Source: an uncultured Actinomycetaceae bacterium (lineage in GTDB: Bacteria; Actinomycetota; Actinomycetes; Actinomycetales; Actinomycetaceae). Taken from it: a stretch of 64,000 nucleotides of DNA. The notes below the pieces were generated by a model. The model saw nothing but the letters and a program-made list of their open reading frames with translations. It was not told where the DNA came from and did not search any database. Below are positions 41,597 to 51,731 of the stretch, in pieces. Location of the stretch: assembly GCA_902464405.1 (NCBI GenBank), contig CABQJD010000001.1:22408-86407 (forward strand), in the 5' to 3' direction. Numbering within the stretch: the first letter of the stretch is position 1; the number at the start of each line of letters is the position of its first letter. The position numbers were made by a program, and so were the translations under genes.

Positions 41597-43663
41597 TCAG
41601 GCCTCCTTTCCTGCTGGTACATAGCGGGGTGCTCGCTGGTAGACACCTTCCTTAGTGGGCAGAGCAGCGTAGACGTGCTCTGGCCCAACCAGCTCAAATT
41701 CGAGCGGAATATCGGTGCCATAATCCGGGTGCGAGGAACGCGGTGCGAAACGGTCGCCTACAGGGAAATCCTTCGGGCTTGGCACAGTACCAGGCACTTG
41801 GTGAAGCCTGCCAGAGCCAGCCTCAATCGACAGCACAGCGCCAAGCAAACCGCGAGTGTATTCGTGAGTTGGATGCTCAAGCAGTTCGCTTGTCGGAGCC
41901 TGCTCCACCACCTGCCCTGCATACATCACAGTAATCTTGTGCGCTACCTCAGCGACAAGTGCAAGATCGTGGCTCACAAACACCATGGCGAAGCCAAGTT
42001 TTTCACGCAATTCATTGAGGAGCGCAATCACCTGCTTTTGTACCGTGACGTCGAGAGCTGTAGTTGGCTCGTCAGCAATCACGAGCTTTGGATCACGAGT
42101 AAGAGCCATAGCGATCAGCACACGCTGCCTCTGCCCGCCCGAAAGCTCATGCGGATAAGATTCAAGCGTGCGCTTCGGGTCCAAACCGACGAGTTCGAGG
42201 AGTTCTTCTGCGCTGCGAGTGCCTCCGCGAGAAGTCAGCTGTTTCATCTGGGCTTTAATGAGCATTGCTGGATTCAGAGAGCTGAGAGCATCCTGATAGA
42301 TCATTGCCATCTCATTGCCAAGCAGAGCTTGCCGTTCCTTAGCAGGCATCTTGAGAAGATCTTTACCTTGGTAGAGAATCTCACCTTCGAACTGAGCGCG
42401 AGGATCAATCAAGCCCATAATCGTGAGGGCAGTAATTGATTTACCGCAGCCAGATTCACCCACAAGCCCCATCGTCTCGCCTGGGCGAACAGTGAAGCTC
42501 ACATGATCGACTACGTTCACGTCACCATGCCTTGGGAACTTAATGCTTAGATTCTTCACTTCGAGAAGTGGAGTCGCACCAGCAAATTGCGAATCGTCGA
42601 AACGATCATTACGTTTAGTTTCCACGGCATAGAGTGCATCGAGGCGAGCTTGCAAGGATTCAGCCTGAGCCGCATAAGCACGGCGAGGATCCAAAAGCAG
42701 CGCATCCGCTTCGCGGTCTGCTGTGTTTTGCTCCACCTTCACAGGCGCTGAAGCAGGAGCTGCCACCATCGCATCTGTGATGCCCTCAGAGAGAATGTTC
42801 AAGCAGAGTACAGTAATCATAATCAGAATGCCTGGGAAGAACGCCGTCCACCATGCACCATAGATAATTGATCCGTTTGCTGATGCGTCTGAGAGCACAT
42901 TGCCCCATGTTGGAACCATCGTGGATTGCAAACCTGAACCGATGAAGGTCAGCGACGCTTCCAGAATAATCGCGTCAGCAACGAGAACCGTAGCGAATAC
43001 GAGCACTGGAGCCGCAGTATTGCGGATCACGTGTTTGACGAGAATCCACGGTGCGCGAGCGCCAGAGACGATCACTGCACGAACGTAATCTTCACCGTAT
43101 GCTGCCATCACGTTTGCGCGCACAATACGAGCAAGCTGAGGAGTATAAACGAAGGAGATTGCCACGATAATCACAGCAACAAGCCCCACTTTATTGCCAT
43201 CGGAGAAGATACCGCTGAAGACGAGCACCATAACGGCTGCCATAGCGATACCAGGCACTGCCATAACGATATCCATAATGCGCATAATCACTTCAGAAAG
43301 GCTGCGGCGCACAACTGCAGCAATCGAACCGATAATTGCACCAAGGAGAAGGGCAATCAATGCTGAACACAAGCCGATAATGATTGAGTAGCGCCCGCCC
43401 ATGAGCAGACGAGAGAAGACGTCACGCCCAGCGTAATCAGTACCAAACGGATGCTCGGCACTTGGAGGCGCAAGTATCGCGGAAGTATCAACAAATCCAG
43501 GAGCATACGGAGCGATAAACTTCGCTACCACTGAGATAACTACGATAAAGGAAAGCACACATACTGCTGCCCGAGCACCAATACTCATGCTCTTCCAACG
43601 ATTAAAACGAACTTTCTTACCGCTTTCAACTGCGGAAACAACTTTCTTTGTTTTACTCATCAT
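41597..43663 (-). CDS. Fused ABC permease/ATPase (DppC-DppD type)
   Basis: N-terminal HPFGTD permease part, C-terminal GESGCGKS and LSGGQRQR; start uncertain. Confidence 0.92.
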   Translation of the reverse strand: MMSKTKKVVSAVESGKKVRFNRWKSMSIGARAAVCVLSFIVVISVVAKFIAPYAPGFVDTSAILAPPSAEHPFGTDYAGRDVFSRLLMGGRYSIIIGLCSALIALLLGAIIGSIAAVVRRSLSEVIMRIMDIVMAVPGIAMAAVMVLVFSGIFSDGNKVGLVAVIIVAISFVYTPQLARIVRANVMAAYGEDYVRAVIVSGARAPWILVKHVIRNTAAPVLVFATVLVADAIILEASLTFIGSGLQSTMVPTWGNVLSDASANGSIIYGAWWTAFFPGILIMITVLCLNILSEGITDAMVAAPASAPVKVEQNTADREADALLLDPRRAYAAQAESLQARLDALYAVETKRNDRFDDSQFAGATPLLEVKNLSIKFPRHGDVNVVDHVSFTVRPGETMGLVGESGCGKSITALTIMGLIDPRAQFEGEILYQGKDLLKMPAKERQALLGNEMAMIYQDALSSLNPAMLIKAQMKQLTSRGGTRSAEELLELVGLDPKRTLESYPHELSGGQRQRVLIAMALTRDPKLVIADEPTTALDVTVQKQVIALLNELREKLGFAMVFVSHDLALVAEVAHKITVMYAGQVVEQAPTSELLEHPTHEYTRGLLGAVLSIEAGSGRLHQVPGTVPSPKDFPVGDRFAPRSSHPDYGTDIPLEFELVGPEHVYAALPTKEGVYQRAPRYVPAGKEA

Positions 43664-43668
43664 GGCTA

Positions 43669-44661
43669 TCACACAGACCTAATACGCGGATTAATCAGCA
43701 GATACAGCATATCGACGATGATATTCACGACGATGAACGCCAATGCGACCACAAGAGCCGACGCCTGCACCACTTCAACCTGGCTCTGCTGTACACCTTG
43801 TACGAGCACCTTGCCCATTCCTTGAATACCGAAAATAATTTCGATAACGACCGCACCACCCATCAAATAGCCGACGCGCAAGCCCAGCACCGTCACTGGC
43901 GTAATAAGAGCATTGCGAAGTACGTTGCGAGCAATGACGACTGGGCGCGGAATACCAGCGCCTAATGCCGTACGCACATAATCACGATCTAACTCTTCCA
44001 CTACAGAGGTACGCACTACGCGGGTCATCTGCCCGATCACAGGAGTTGCGAGAGCAACAGCTGGGAGGAACATACGCGCTGCCCAACCAGCGAAATCCTC
44101 TGTAATTTTAGGCAAAGGTCCTGAAACGGGCACACCGTGAATCACGTTCAAGCCAAGCAAGACGAGTAGTGCGGCAAGCCAGAAACTTGGAGTGCCAATA
44201 AAGATTACGGAAAGAACGCGAATCAGCTGATCTGGCCAGCGGTCACGATAGAGAGCTGCAAGAACGCCGAGCGGGAAAGAAATAAGAACGGCAATAAACA
44301 GACCAAAGAAAGTCAGTTGCAACGTCACAGGAAGTGCTGGCGCAATAAGATCTACTACTTTGTGCCCTGTACCTACGCCATAGATGCCGAAGTTTCCTTG
44401 CAAAAGCCCTGCAACGTAGCTCACGTAACGAATCACGGCAGGAATTGGTTTGCCCGTTTCACTGCCATCATCTGTGACGTAACCGTGCGCAATATTAAAC
44501 GCTTTTACTTGAGCGGGATCTGCAGCATTATCGCCAAGTGCAGTCCAAGCTGGATCGATGGGCGAAAGCTCCATCAAGAAAAATACGAGGATGGTGACGC
44601 CGATTGCCATAATTGGCAATGCAATTAAGCGCCTCCCCACGAGCCTTAATAAATTATTCAC
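43669..44661 (-). CDS. Opp/Dpp-type ABC permease
   Basis: DYVRTA, GAVVIEIIF. Confidence 0.92.
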   Translation of the reverse strand: MNNLLRLVGRRLIALPIMAIGVTILVFFLMELSPIDPAWTALGDNAADPAQVKAFNIAHGYVTDDGSETGKPIPAVIRYVSYVAGLLQGNFGIYGVGTGHKVVDLIAPALPVTLQLTFFGLFIAVLISFPLGVLAALYRDRWPDQLIRVLSVIFIGTPSFWLAALLVLLGLNVIHGVPVSGPLPKITEDFAGWAARMFLPAVALATPVIGQMTRVVRTSVVEELDRDYVRTALGAGIPRPVVIARNVLRNALITPVTVLGLRVGYLMGGAVVIEIIFGIQGMGKVLVQGVQQSQVEVVQASALVVALAFIVVNIIVDMLYLLINPRIRSV

Positions 44662-44778
44662 TAATTCTCCTTTTTGCTAAGCGTGAGTCTGTGAATACAA
44701 AAGGCGGGGCGGAAGCCGGAGCTTCCACCCCGCCCAGAAGCTGGAGCTATTGCTTAGCTCAAGCAATTCTTTTCAGAA

Positions 44779-46374
44779 TTACTCAGTCACCTTAGCGCCA
44801 ATGAGCTGCAGACCAGTCACGCCAATTGGAGTAAGGTTGGAAACCTTCTCGGGATTGTAAGCGGTGTAAAGAGTGTGGAATACGAGCGGATAGAGAGCTG
44901 CCTGATCGGCGACCATATCCTGAACTTCGCCCCACTTAGCTTTTGCTTCATCACCAGTGGCCTTGTCTGCTTCGTCCATAAGAGCCACAAGAGCAGCAGC
45001 AGCTTCTGGATCAGACTCGGTAAGACGGAAACGATCCTTCATCCACAGTTGGTTGTAGAACCAGCCCTTGATGAGCACACCAGGATCAGCGCCGTATACG
45101 GAAGCATCGCCAGGAGCAACGATAACATCGAAGTCACCCTGTGCCACGTTGTTGTTCCAGAGGTCAGCAGAAGCAACATTGGAGAGGTTTACTTTCAAGC
45201 CGAGAGCTTCGAGATTCTGCTGAATCTGCGGACCCATTGCAGCAATCCACGTATCAGTGGTGGTCATTACACGAATTTCAGTTCCTTCTGCAACGCCAGC
45301 ATCAGCGAGGAGCTTCTTAGCTTTATCTGTGTCGAAGGAGAACTGAGTTGCAGCCTTCTTATACTGATCGCTGTACTCAGGAAGGAAAGAAGTTGGCTCC
45401 TTACCAGCGCCATTAAGAGCAGTCTTAATCATTGTCTGGGTATCGATAGCAGTCAAGAGAGCTTGGCGTACGCGCTTATCGTTGAAAGGTGCCTTATTGG
45501 TGTTGAACGACATCATTGCAATGCCATAAGCAGTAGCTTCATCAACTTTCCAGCCAGCTGCTTTAACTTTCTCAATACCTGCAGGATCGAGAGCTTCAAC
45601 AACATCGGTAGTTCCACCGAGAGCGGCAGTCAAACGAGCAGTAGCATCACGTGAGTTATCGTAGTGAATTGTTGCCACAGTTGCTGGGTTGGAGCCGTTG
45701 TAGTGCTCGTTCACGGAAAGTTCCTGAGTGGTATCCGTGATTGAATCATACTTGTATGGACCAGAACCAACTGGCATCTTCGTCAATTCATCAAATGTTG
45801 CCTTGGTTGGCACAACCTTGATGAGAGCCAAACGCTCTTTGAGATTATCGATTGCGTGGGTGAGTTTTACAGTCACTGTAGACTCATCTTTTGCTTCGAT
45901 AGAAGCAATCGATGTAATGAACGCAGCATAGGAGCTTGGCTGCACTTTACCAGAAGAGTCTTTATCACCCTCAACGATACGCTTATAAGAACTCACCACA
46001 TCCTCTGCAGTTACTGCATCACCAGTGGAGAACTTTGCGCCGTCACGAAGCTTTACTTCGTACGTCGTATCATCAACCTTCATTGGTTCATCTTCAGCTG
46101 CGAGAGCTTTGTGAGCTTTGAAAGTCGAGAAATCGAACTCATACAAGCCTTCAATTACCTGAAGGTTTGCACCCACAGCAAGAGCTGACGATGTGTTCGA
46201 TGGATTCCAGTTGGTGGTGTCGTACGCAGCGAAAACATTCAGTTTTCCAGTTGCCGCACCTGCAGCTGCTCCATCATCCTTTTTATCGGATGTGCCGCCG
46301 CCGCAAGCAGAGAGAGCCATTGCCGCAGCAGCGAGTACTGCCGAAGCTTTTGCCCAACGCTTCATGGAACGCAT
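44779..46374 (-). CDS. Family 5 ABC substrate-binding lipoprotein (probable sialic acid)
   Basis: Lipobox LSAC, LRDGAKFS, PVGSGPY, PFNDKRVRQA. Confidence 0.9.
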   Translation of the reverse strand: MRSMKRWAKASAVLAAAAMALSACGGGTSDKKDDGAAAGAATGKLNVFAAYDTTNWNPSNTSSALAVGANLQVIEGLYEFDFSTFKAHKALAAEDEPMKVDDTTYEVKLRDGAKFSTGDAVTAEDVVSSYKRIVEGDKDSSGKVQPSSYAAFITSIASIEAKDESTVTVKLTHAIDNLKERLALIKVVPTKATFDELTKMPVGSGPYKYDSITDTTQELSVNEHYNGSNPATVATIHYDNSRDATARLTAALGGTTDVVEALDPAGIEKVKAAGWKVDEATAYGIAMMSFNTNKAPFNDKRVRQALLTAIDTQTMIKTALNGAGKEPTSFLPEYSDQYKKAATQFSFDTDKAKKLLADAGVAEGTEIRVMTTTDTWIAAMGPQIQQNLEALGLKVNLSNVASADLWNNNVAQGDFDVIVAPGDASVYGADPGVLIKGWFYNQLWMKDRFRLTESDPEAAAALVALMDEADKATGDEAKAKWGEVQDMVADQAALYPLVFHTLYTAYNPEKVSNLTPIGVTGLQLIGAKVTE

Positions 46375-46452
46375 ATTGATTCCTCTCCTTTGAGTGAATA
46401 TGTTAAACCGGTCACTGCCGGATATAATCAGCTTATGTTGTCAGACAAGTTT

Positions 46453-47208
46453 ATGCAAGCAGCTTTCAGTAACAATTTAGTTACACCTTTATCCGACCCT
46501 GCACCGCAGCGCCAGATAAGCAGATCTAATAGCACAATGAACGCCATTAAAAGCTATATGCTCTCTCACCAGCTCAAACCTGGTGACCCCCTCCCTTCCG
46601 AGGCTGCGCTCTGCTCACAGCTGGGAGTTTCCCGCTCCTCAGTACGCGAAGCTCTACGCCAGCTAGAAGCTCTCGACGTGATCGATGTGCATCGAGGGAA
46701 AGGCTCTTTCGTTGGAGCAATGTCTATGCAGCCTCTTATCGATACTCTGCTCCTCAAGAATGCTCTCGAGAGAGCCGAGGGAAATAAAACGATCGGCAAC
46801 ATCGCACAAATCCGTATCGCAATCGACCTTGGCGTAGCGCCACAGCTCGTAACAGCAATGAAAGGAAGCTCCAATCCACAGCTGCGCAGCATCGTCAGCG
46901 TGATGCTTGAAAAAACTGAGCACGGCGAGCTTTTCCCTGACGAAGATATCGCTTTCCACACAGGCATGATGCACTACCTCAACAACACTCTCATTACAGA
47001 ACTTATGAGCGCTATGTGGTTCGTCTACCAGAGCCTCCTGCCAAATCTCGATCATGAAGCAGCAGTAACGAAAGAAAACTTAGCGATAACAGCTCGTTCA
47101 CACGGAGAAATGCTTGACGCCGCCGAAGCGGGAGACCTTTTCGCCTATACCGAAGCAGTTCATCGTCACTACGCCCCACTTCAGCAGCTCATCGCCAGCG
47201 CTGGCTGA
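46453..47208 (+). CDS. GntR/FadR-family regulator (NanR-like)
   Basis: LPSEAALCSQLGVSRSSVREAL, DIAFH; divergent from nan operon; start uncertain. Confidence 0.85.
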   Translation: MQAAFSNNLVTPLSDPAPQRQISRSNSTMNAIKSYMLSHQLKPGDPLPSEAALCSQLGVSRSSVREALRQLEALDVIDVHRGKGSFVGAMSMQPLIDTLLLKNALERAEGNKTIGNIAQIRIAIDLGVAPQLVTAMKGSSNPQLRSIVSVMLEKTEHGELFPDEDIAFHTGMMHYLNNTLITELMSAMWFVYQSLLPNLDHEAAVTKENLAITARSHGEMLDAAEAGDLFAYTEAVHRHYAPLQQLIASAG

Positions 47209-47297
47209 GAAAGTGCATAAAGTCTCATATCAACATAGGTTTACGCGTCTACAATAAAAGCGTTCGTGCACTCTACTCACAACGAAGAGAGATTCCT

Positions 47298-48221
47298 ATG
47301 ACTAATGCGGCACATGACCTCCCATTCCTCATCGGCGCTTATGCTTCCACATCAGGCGATCTTGAATGGCAGGCGGAATACTACAATCTCCTCGCCCAAG
47401 AAGAGTGGGTCGGGGGCTTAGAAATCCCGTTCTTCGGCGAAAGTTTACGCGAAGATATTCGTTGGTTTGCCGCTCAGATGAAGCCCGCTTTCAGCACAAA
47501 CGTACTCACTCCAATCCCTGGAGTGATGAAACATATTACAGATAAAACATGGGGAATTGCATCTGCCGATGACGATGGTCGAGAAGCCGCACTTCATTTT
47601 CTTGAACGTGCAGCAGACACCATGCGCGAAATGAACGATTTGACTGGCAAGAAATTTTTTTCATTCCTATCTCTGCACACAGCTCCACAGGAAAAATGCA
47701 GTGCCGAAGCCTTGCAACGCTCACTGGAAACGCTCGTCACTTGGGATCTCGATGGCGCTGAGCTGACGATTGAACATTGCGATGCCTGGACAGATGAACA
47801 CCCTGTAGAAAAAGGTTTTCTAAGTTTAGATGACGAACTTGCCGCAATTGACGCCGTGGGCGCACCTCATCTTTACGCCTCGATCAATTGGGGGCGTGAC
47901 GCAATCGAAGGTCGTAATGCTCAGTTGCCGCTCGAGCATATCAAGCAGGTTGCAGCTAGCGGGCACCTTGCAGGCATGATTCTCTCTGGAGCCCAAGATC
48001 AACACGATGGGCAATGGGGACCGTGGGTTGATGCACATATTGGCTTGCACGAACACCAACCAGAATCTGTGCTTACGCGCGAAAGTGCACACGCAGCATT
48101 TGAAGCAGCATTGGCAGCTGCACCGAAATATATTGGCACCAAAATTTCTATCAACACTGGCTCTAATTCCGAACGTATTGCTCTCTTGCGTGAAATAGCC
48201 GAGATTGCACGAGCCGCATAA
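47298..48221 (+). CDS. DUF4862-like protein
   Basis: IGAYA, GLEIPF, IEHCDA, EKGFLSL, INWGR; nan-cluster context. Confidence 0.65.
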   Translation: MTNAAHDLPFLIGAYASTSGDLEWQAEYYNLLAQEEWVGGLEIPFFGESLREDIRWFAAQMKPAFSTNVLTPIPGVMKHITDKTWGIASADDDGREAALHFLERAADTMREMNDLTGKKFFSFLSLHTAPQEKCSAEALQRSLETLVTWDLDGAELTIEHCDAWTDEHPVEKGFLSLDDELAAIDAVGAPHLYASINWGRDAIEGRNAQLPLEHIKQVAASGHLAGMILSGAQDQHDGQWGPWVDAHIGLHEHQPESVLTRESAHAAFEAALAAAPKYIGTKISINTGSNSERIALLREIAEIARAA

Positions 48222-48241
48222 AACCAATGCGCGGGCTTATA

Positions 48242-49255
48242 TTACACCGCGCATATCCTCTCAATTAGCGCAAGGATATCCTTCCACACAATATTTCCTT
48301 TGACGCTGAGAGCGCCATGGAACGTGCCTGCATACATATGCAGCTCTGATTGAACTCCAGAATCGGCAAGATGCGTAGCAAGTGCTATCCCCTCATCGCG
48401 CAAGGGATCAGAAGGATTTACGATAGTGAGAGTTGATGGAAAATCTTTCACCCTCTGAGAATTTTCAAGCATATCGATAATGCTTTTACGAATAGGCTCG
48501 CTCGGTGCCGTATGCTGCCACGCAGTGACGGCAGCGCGTTTCGTCCAAACAGGCCCTTCAGCGTAGGCAGTAAAACTTGCGGTATCCGTGCGCGGATCCA
48601 AACACGGCTCAAGCAGCACTAAAGAAGAAACTGGGTATGCATCGCACCCTTTTTCCAGTTGCCTTTGTAAAAACTCAGGATAAATATGCGCGCTACCTGC
48701 ATATCCGTTAGATACTTGCCTGCCATGTATCTGCTCTGTGTAGATAAGAGTAGAAAAATATGCCAAGCCGCCCCCTGCTGAATCTCCGAAAACGATGAGA
48801 GGCACGCCAAGTTCGTGTGCTTTTTTCTGAGCATGAATAATCGCCAGCACACAATCGTGAACGCCAGCTGGGAAAGGATATTCTGGCGCTAAACGATAAT
48901 CGGGGGAAACAACTGTAGCCATCAGCCGCTGAGCCATTTCAGCATTCTTCTCATCGTCAAACTTTGCGCGCCCACAGACGTATCCACCTCCGTGAATCGA
49001 AACAATCACTGCGCGCACGGGATCAACGGGCGTGAACCAACGCAACTCTAGTTCGCCGTCACCGCATTCGCGTGGCACAGATAGTATCTCTTGCTGGGCA
49101 ACACCCAGATCAGGCTCAACACCACCGAATAACGCGTCTCCTCTGGCACGCAATGAGGGAAGATCCCACGTAGTTTGCTCAGGAGTTGCCGAAATTACTG
49201 GCATAAGATCGCCACGAATATACATCCTGCCTCTTTCTCTTGGCGCCACACTCAT
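48242..49255 (-). CDS. Alpha/beta hydrolase (HSL-family esterase)
   Basis: HGGG, DYRLAPE, GDSAG, DPLRDEG; start uncertain. Confidence 0.87.
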   Translation of the reverse strand: MSVAPRERGRMYIRGDLMPVISATPEQTTWDLPSLRARGDALFGGVEPDLGVAQQEILSVPRECGDGELELRWFTPVDPVRAVIVSIHGGGYVCGRAKFDDEKNAEMAQRLMATVVSPDYRLAPEYPFPAGVHDCVLAIIHAQKKAHELGVPLIVFGDSAGGGLAYFSTLIYTEQIHGRQVSNGYAGSAHIYPEFLQRQLEKGCDAYPVSSLVLLEPCLDPRTDTASFTAYAEGPVWTKRAAVTAWQHTAPSEPIRKSIIDMLENSQRVKDFPSTLTIVNPSDPLRDEGIALATHLADSGVQSELHMYAGTFHGALSVKGNIVWKDILALIERICAV

Positions 49256-49373
49256 ACCTTAAGCTAACGTATGTAAGCTAACGGCTAGCACCAAGGATCG
49301 GGTGTAGGCTACACTGCGGCATATTGCCAACTACGCTCCATATAGCGCTCAATATAGCCCACTACATAGCTAA

Positions 49374-51053
49374 TTACGCTCCGAGCGCGGCTGCCACCAC
49401 TTTCTTTGCTTCTTCCTGCACACGTGCGAGGTGTTCAGCTCCTTTGAATGATTCAGCATAAATTTTGTAGACGTCTTCCGTGCCGCTCGGGCGCGCTGCA
49501 AACCAGGCATTTTCTGTGGTCACTTTTAAGCCGCCGATCGCCGCGTTATTTCCAGGAGCGCGCGTGAGCTTTGCCGTAATCGTTTCCCCTGCCAGTTCAG
49601 TTGCCGTGACGTCTTCGGGCGAGAGATTGGCGAGCTTCGCCTTTTCTTCTTTCGATGCAGCCGCATCGATACGCGCATATTCTGAAGCGCCATATTGCTC
49701 AGTAAGCTCCCGATGCAGTGCGCTCGGAGTCTTTCCTGTGACGGCAAGAATCTCACAAGCGAGCAAATCCATAATCAAGCCGTCTTTATCGGTTGTCCAC
49801 ACTGTGCCATCTTTACGCAAAAAGCTCGCTCCAGCAGATTCTTCACCGCCAAATCCAGCCGTACCTGCAATCAAACCAGGCACAAACCATTTGAACCCTA
49901 CAGGAACTTCCACAAGCTGTTTACCCATTCCCGCTACCACACGGTCAATCAAACTTGAGGATACGAGCGTCTTACCCACAGCATTCGTATTCCAGTGTGG
50001 ACGATGAGAATAAAGATACTGAATCGCTGCCGCGAGATAGTGGTTTGGATTCATTAGCCCAGCATCTGGCGTCACGATTCCGTGACGATCAGAATCAGCA
50101 TCGTTACCAGTGGCGATATCGTAGGGAGTGGTTCCATCTTCGCGCGGCTGCATACGCTCAAGCAAACTTGCCATCGCATAGGGAGAGCTGCAGTCCATAC
50201 GGATTTTTCCGTCCCAATCGAGAGTCATAAACGGCCATGCTGGATCAACGTGAGGATTGACGACCGTAAGATCTAAGCCGTAGCGCTCACCAATCGCTCC
50301 CCAGTATTCTGCAGACGCGCCCCCCATCGGATCAGCACCGATGCGCACACCTGCAGCTCGGATTGCATCGAAATCGATGATCGAGGCGAGGTCTTCTACA
50401 TAAGCCGAGAGGTAATCGTGACGTCGTGTAGTTTCTGCCTTAACGGCCTGCCCATAGGGCACACGCTTCACAGATCTCCAACCTTCGCGCAGAATCTCAT
50501 TCGCTCGCGCAGCAATCACTTTTGTAGCATCTGTATCGGCTGGACCACCATGCGGCGGATTATATTTAAAACCACCGTCACGCGGAGGATTATGGCTGGG
50601 AGTAATAATAATTCCGTCTGCCAACCCTGGACCGCTTGTGCGAACTCCTGCTTCAGTGCCAGCGCCGTTTGCAGTCAAGATAGCAAGAGAAACTGCTGGG
50701 GTGGGCGTCCACGAATCGCGAGCATCGATGCGCACCTCGATCTCGTTGGCTGCCAACACCTCAAGTGCCGTGCGTTGAGCTGGACCAGAAAGCCCGTGCG
50801 TATCTCGGCCAATATAGAGAGGACCATCAAAACCTTGAGTCTGCCGATATTCAACAATTGCTTGGGTTGTGGCCACAATATGAGCTTCGTTGAATGCACA
50901 ATCGAATGCGCTTCCTCGATGCCCGCTCGTACCGAAAACGACCTGTTGATCAGGATTTTCAGGATCGGGTTCTTGAGTGTAATAAGCGTCAATAAGCGCA
51001 TTAACGTCGATCAAATCGTTTTCTTGGGCAGGTGTGCCAGCTCGTTCATTCAT
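49374..51053 (-). CDS. pgm: Phosphoglucomutase
   Basis: FGTSGHRG, TPSHNPP, GNDADSDRHG, GEESAG. Confidence 0.96.
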   Translation of the reverse strand: MNERAGTPAQENDLIDVNALIDAYYTQEPDPENPDQQVVFGTSGHRGSAFDCAFNEAHIVATTQAIVEYRQTQGFDGPLYIGRDTHGLSGPAQRTALEVLAANEIEVRIDARDSWTPTPAVSLAILTANGAGTEAGVRTSGPGLADGIIITPSHNPPRDGGFKYNPPHGGPADTDATKVIAARANEILREGWRSVKRVPYGQAVKAETTRRHDYLSAYVEDLASIIDFDAIRAAGVRIGADPMGGASAEYWGAIGERYGLDLTVVNPHVDPAWPFMTLDWDGKIRMDCSSPYAMASLLERMQPREDGTTPYDIATGNDADSDRHGIVTPDAGLMNPNHYLAAAIQYLYSHRPHWNTNAVGKTLVSSSLIDRVVAGMGKQLVEVPVGFKWFVPGLIAGTAGFGGEESAGASFLRKDGTVWTTDKDGLIMDLLACEILAVTGKTPSALHRELTEQYGASEYARIDAAASKEEKAKLANLSPEDVTATELAGETITAKLTRAPGNNAAIGGLKVTTENAWFAARPSGTEDVYKIYAESFKGAEHLARVQEEAKKVVAAALGA

Positions 51054-51206
51054 GCTTCTATCATCTCACCTTTACTCACTCAATGACACCTGATTTATAC
51101 AACTGCATTTGATAAATATACCTGATTTATTTTTGTGCCCGTGCTCATTATTTTTGTACCCATGCTCATTTATGGGCGGCAACCCTTTTATGAAGTTGCA
51201 TTGCTA

Positions 51207-51325
51207 GATTCAATCAGATTCAGCTAAACTCAACCAAATTCAACCAGCATCAAGCAGATCCGATCAATCTCAACCAAATTTAATCGATTCAACCAGATTC
51301 AATTATTCTCAACCAAGCTCAGCTC
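51207..51325. repeat. Degenerate ~10-bp tandem repeat (consensus near TCAACCAGAT)
   Basis: Recurrent TCAATCAGAT, TCAACCAAAT, TCAACCAGCA, TCAAGCAGAT, TCAACCAGAT, TCAACCAAGC. Confidence 0.55.
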
Positions 51326-51731
51326 TATAGCTCCTCCAAGAACTATCAACCAACCAAGCCAGCAACTAAACCAAAAGCATATGAGACTCACGAAAAATAC
51401 TTGGAAAAGCTCTATTTTTGCAGGTAGAGACGCTATTCAAGAGCACTGAGAATTGTTTGAAATAGTTGAAAACTGTTGCGGTTTTAGAATTTTCGCAACT
51501 TATGCGAGATCGCAAGCTGAATATCGTTGGGGTACTTGCTATGATTTCAGCTTCCTTTTTGGCATAGAAGCTTTCCACTCCCTTATAAATGAATATCAAT
51601 AAAAGGCATTATCAGCTTTGAGGAGTGCGTTAAGGAGTAGACGCGTTGCATATGGCAGTGAAAATTGATGAAAACTTCTGGCAGTACCAAGAACGGCAGG
51701 CAAAGCGCTGCTAATTTTGCCAATGGAAGTG

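Noticed and set aside
51207..51325. Possible CRISPR array
   Set aside because: Units are ~10 bp, degenerate, without unique spacers; no cas genes in the window.
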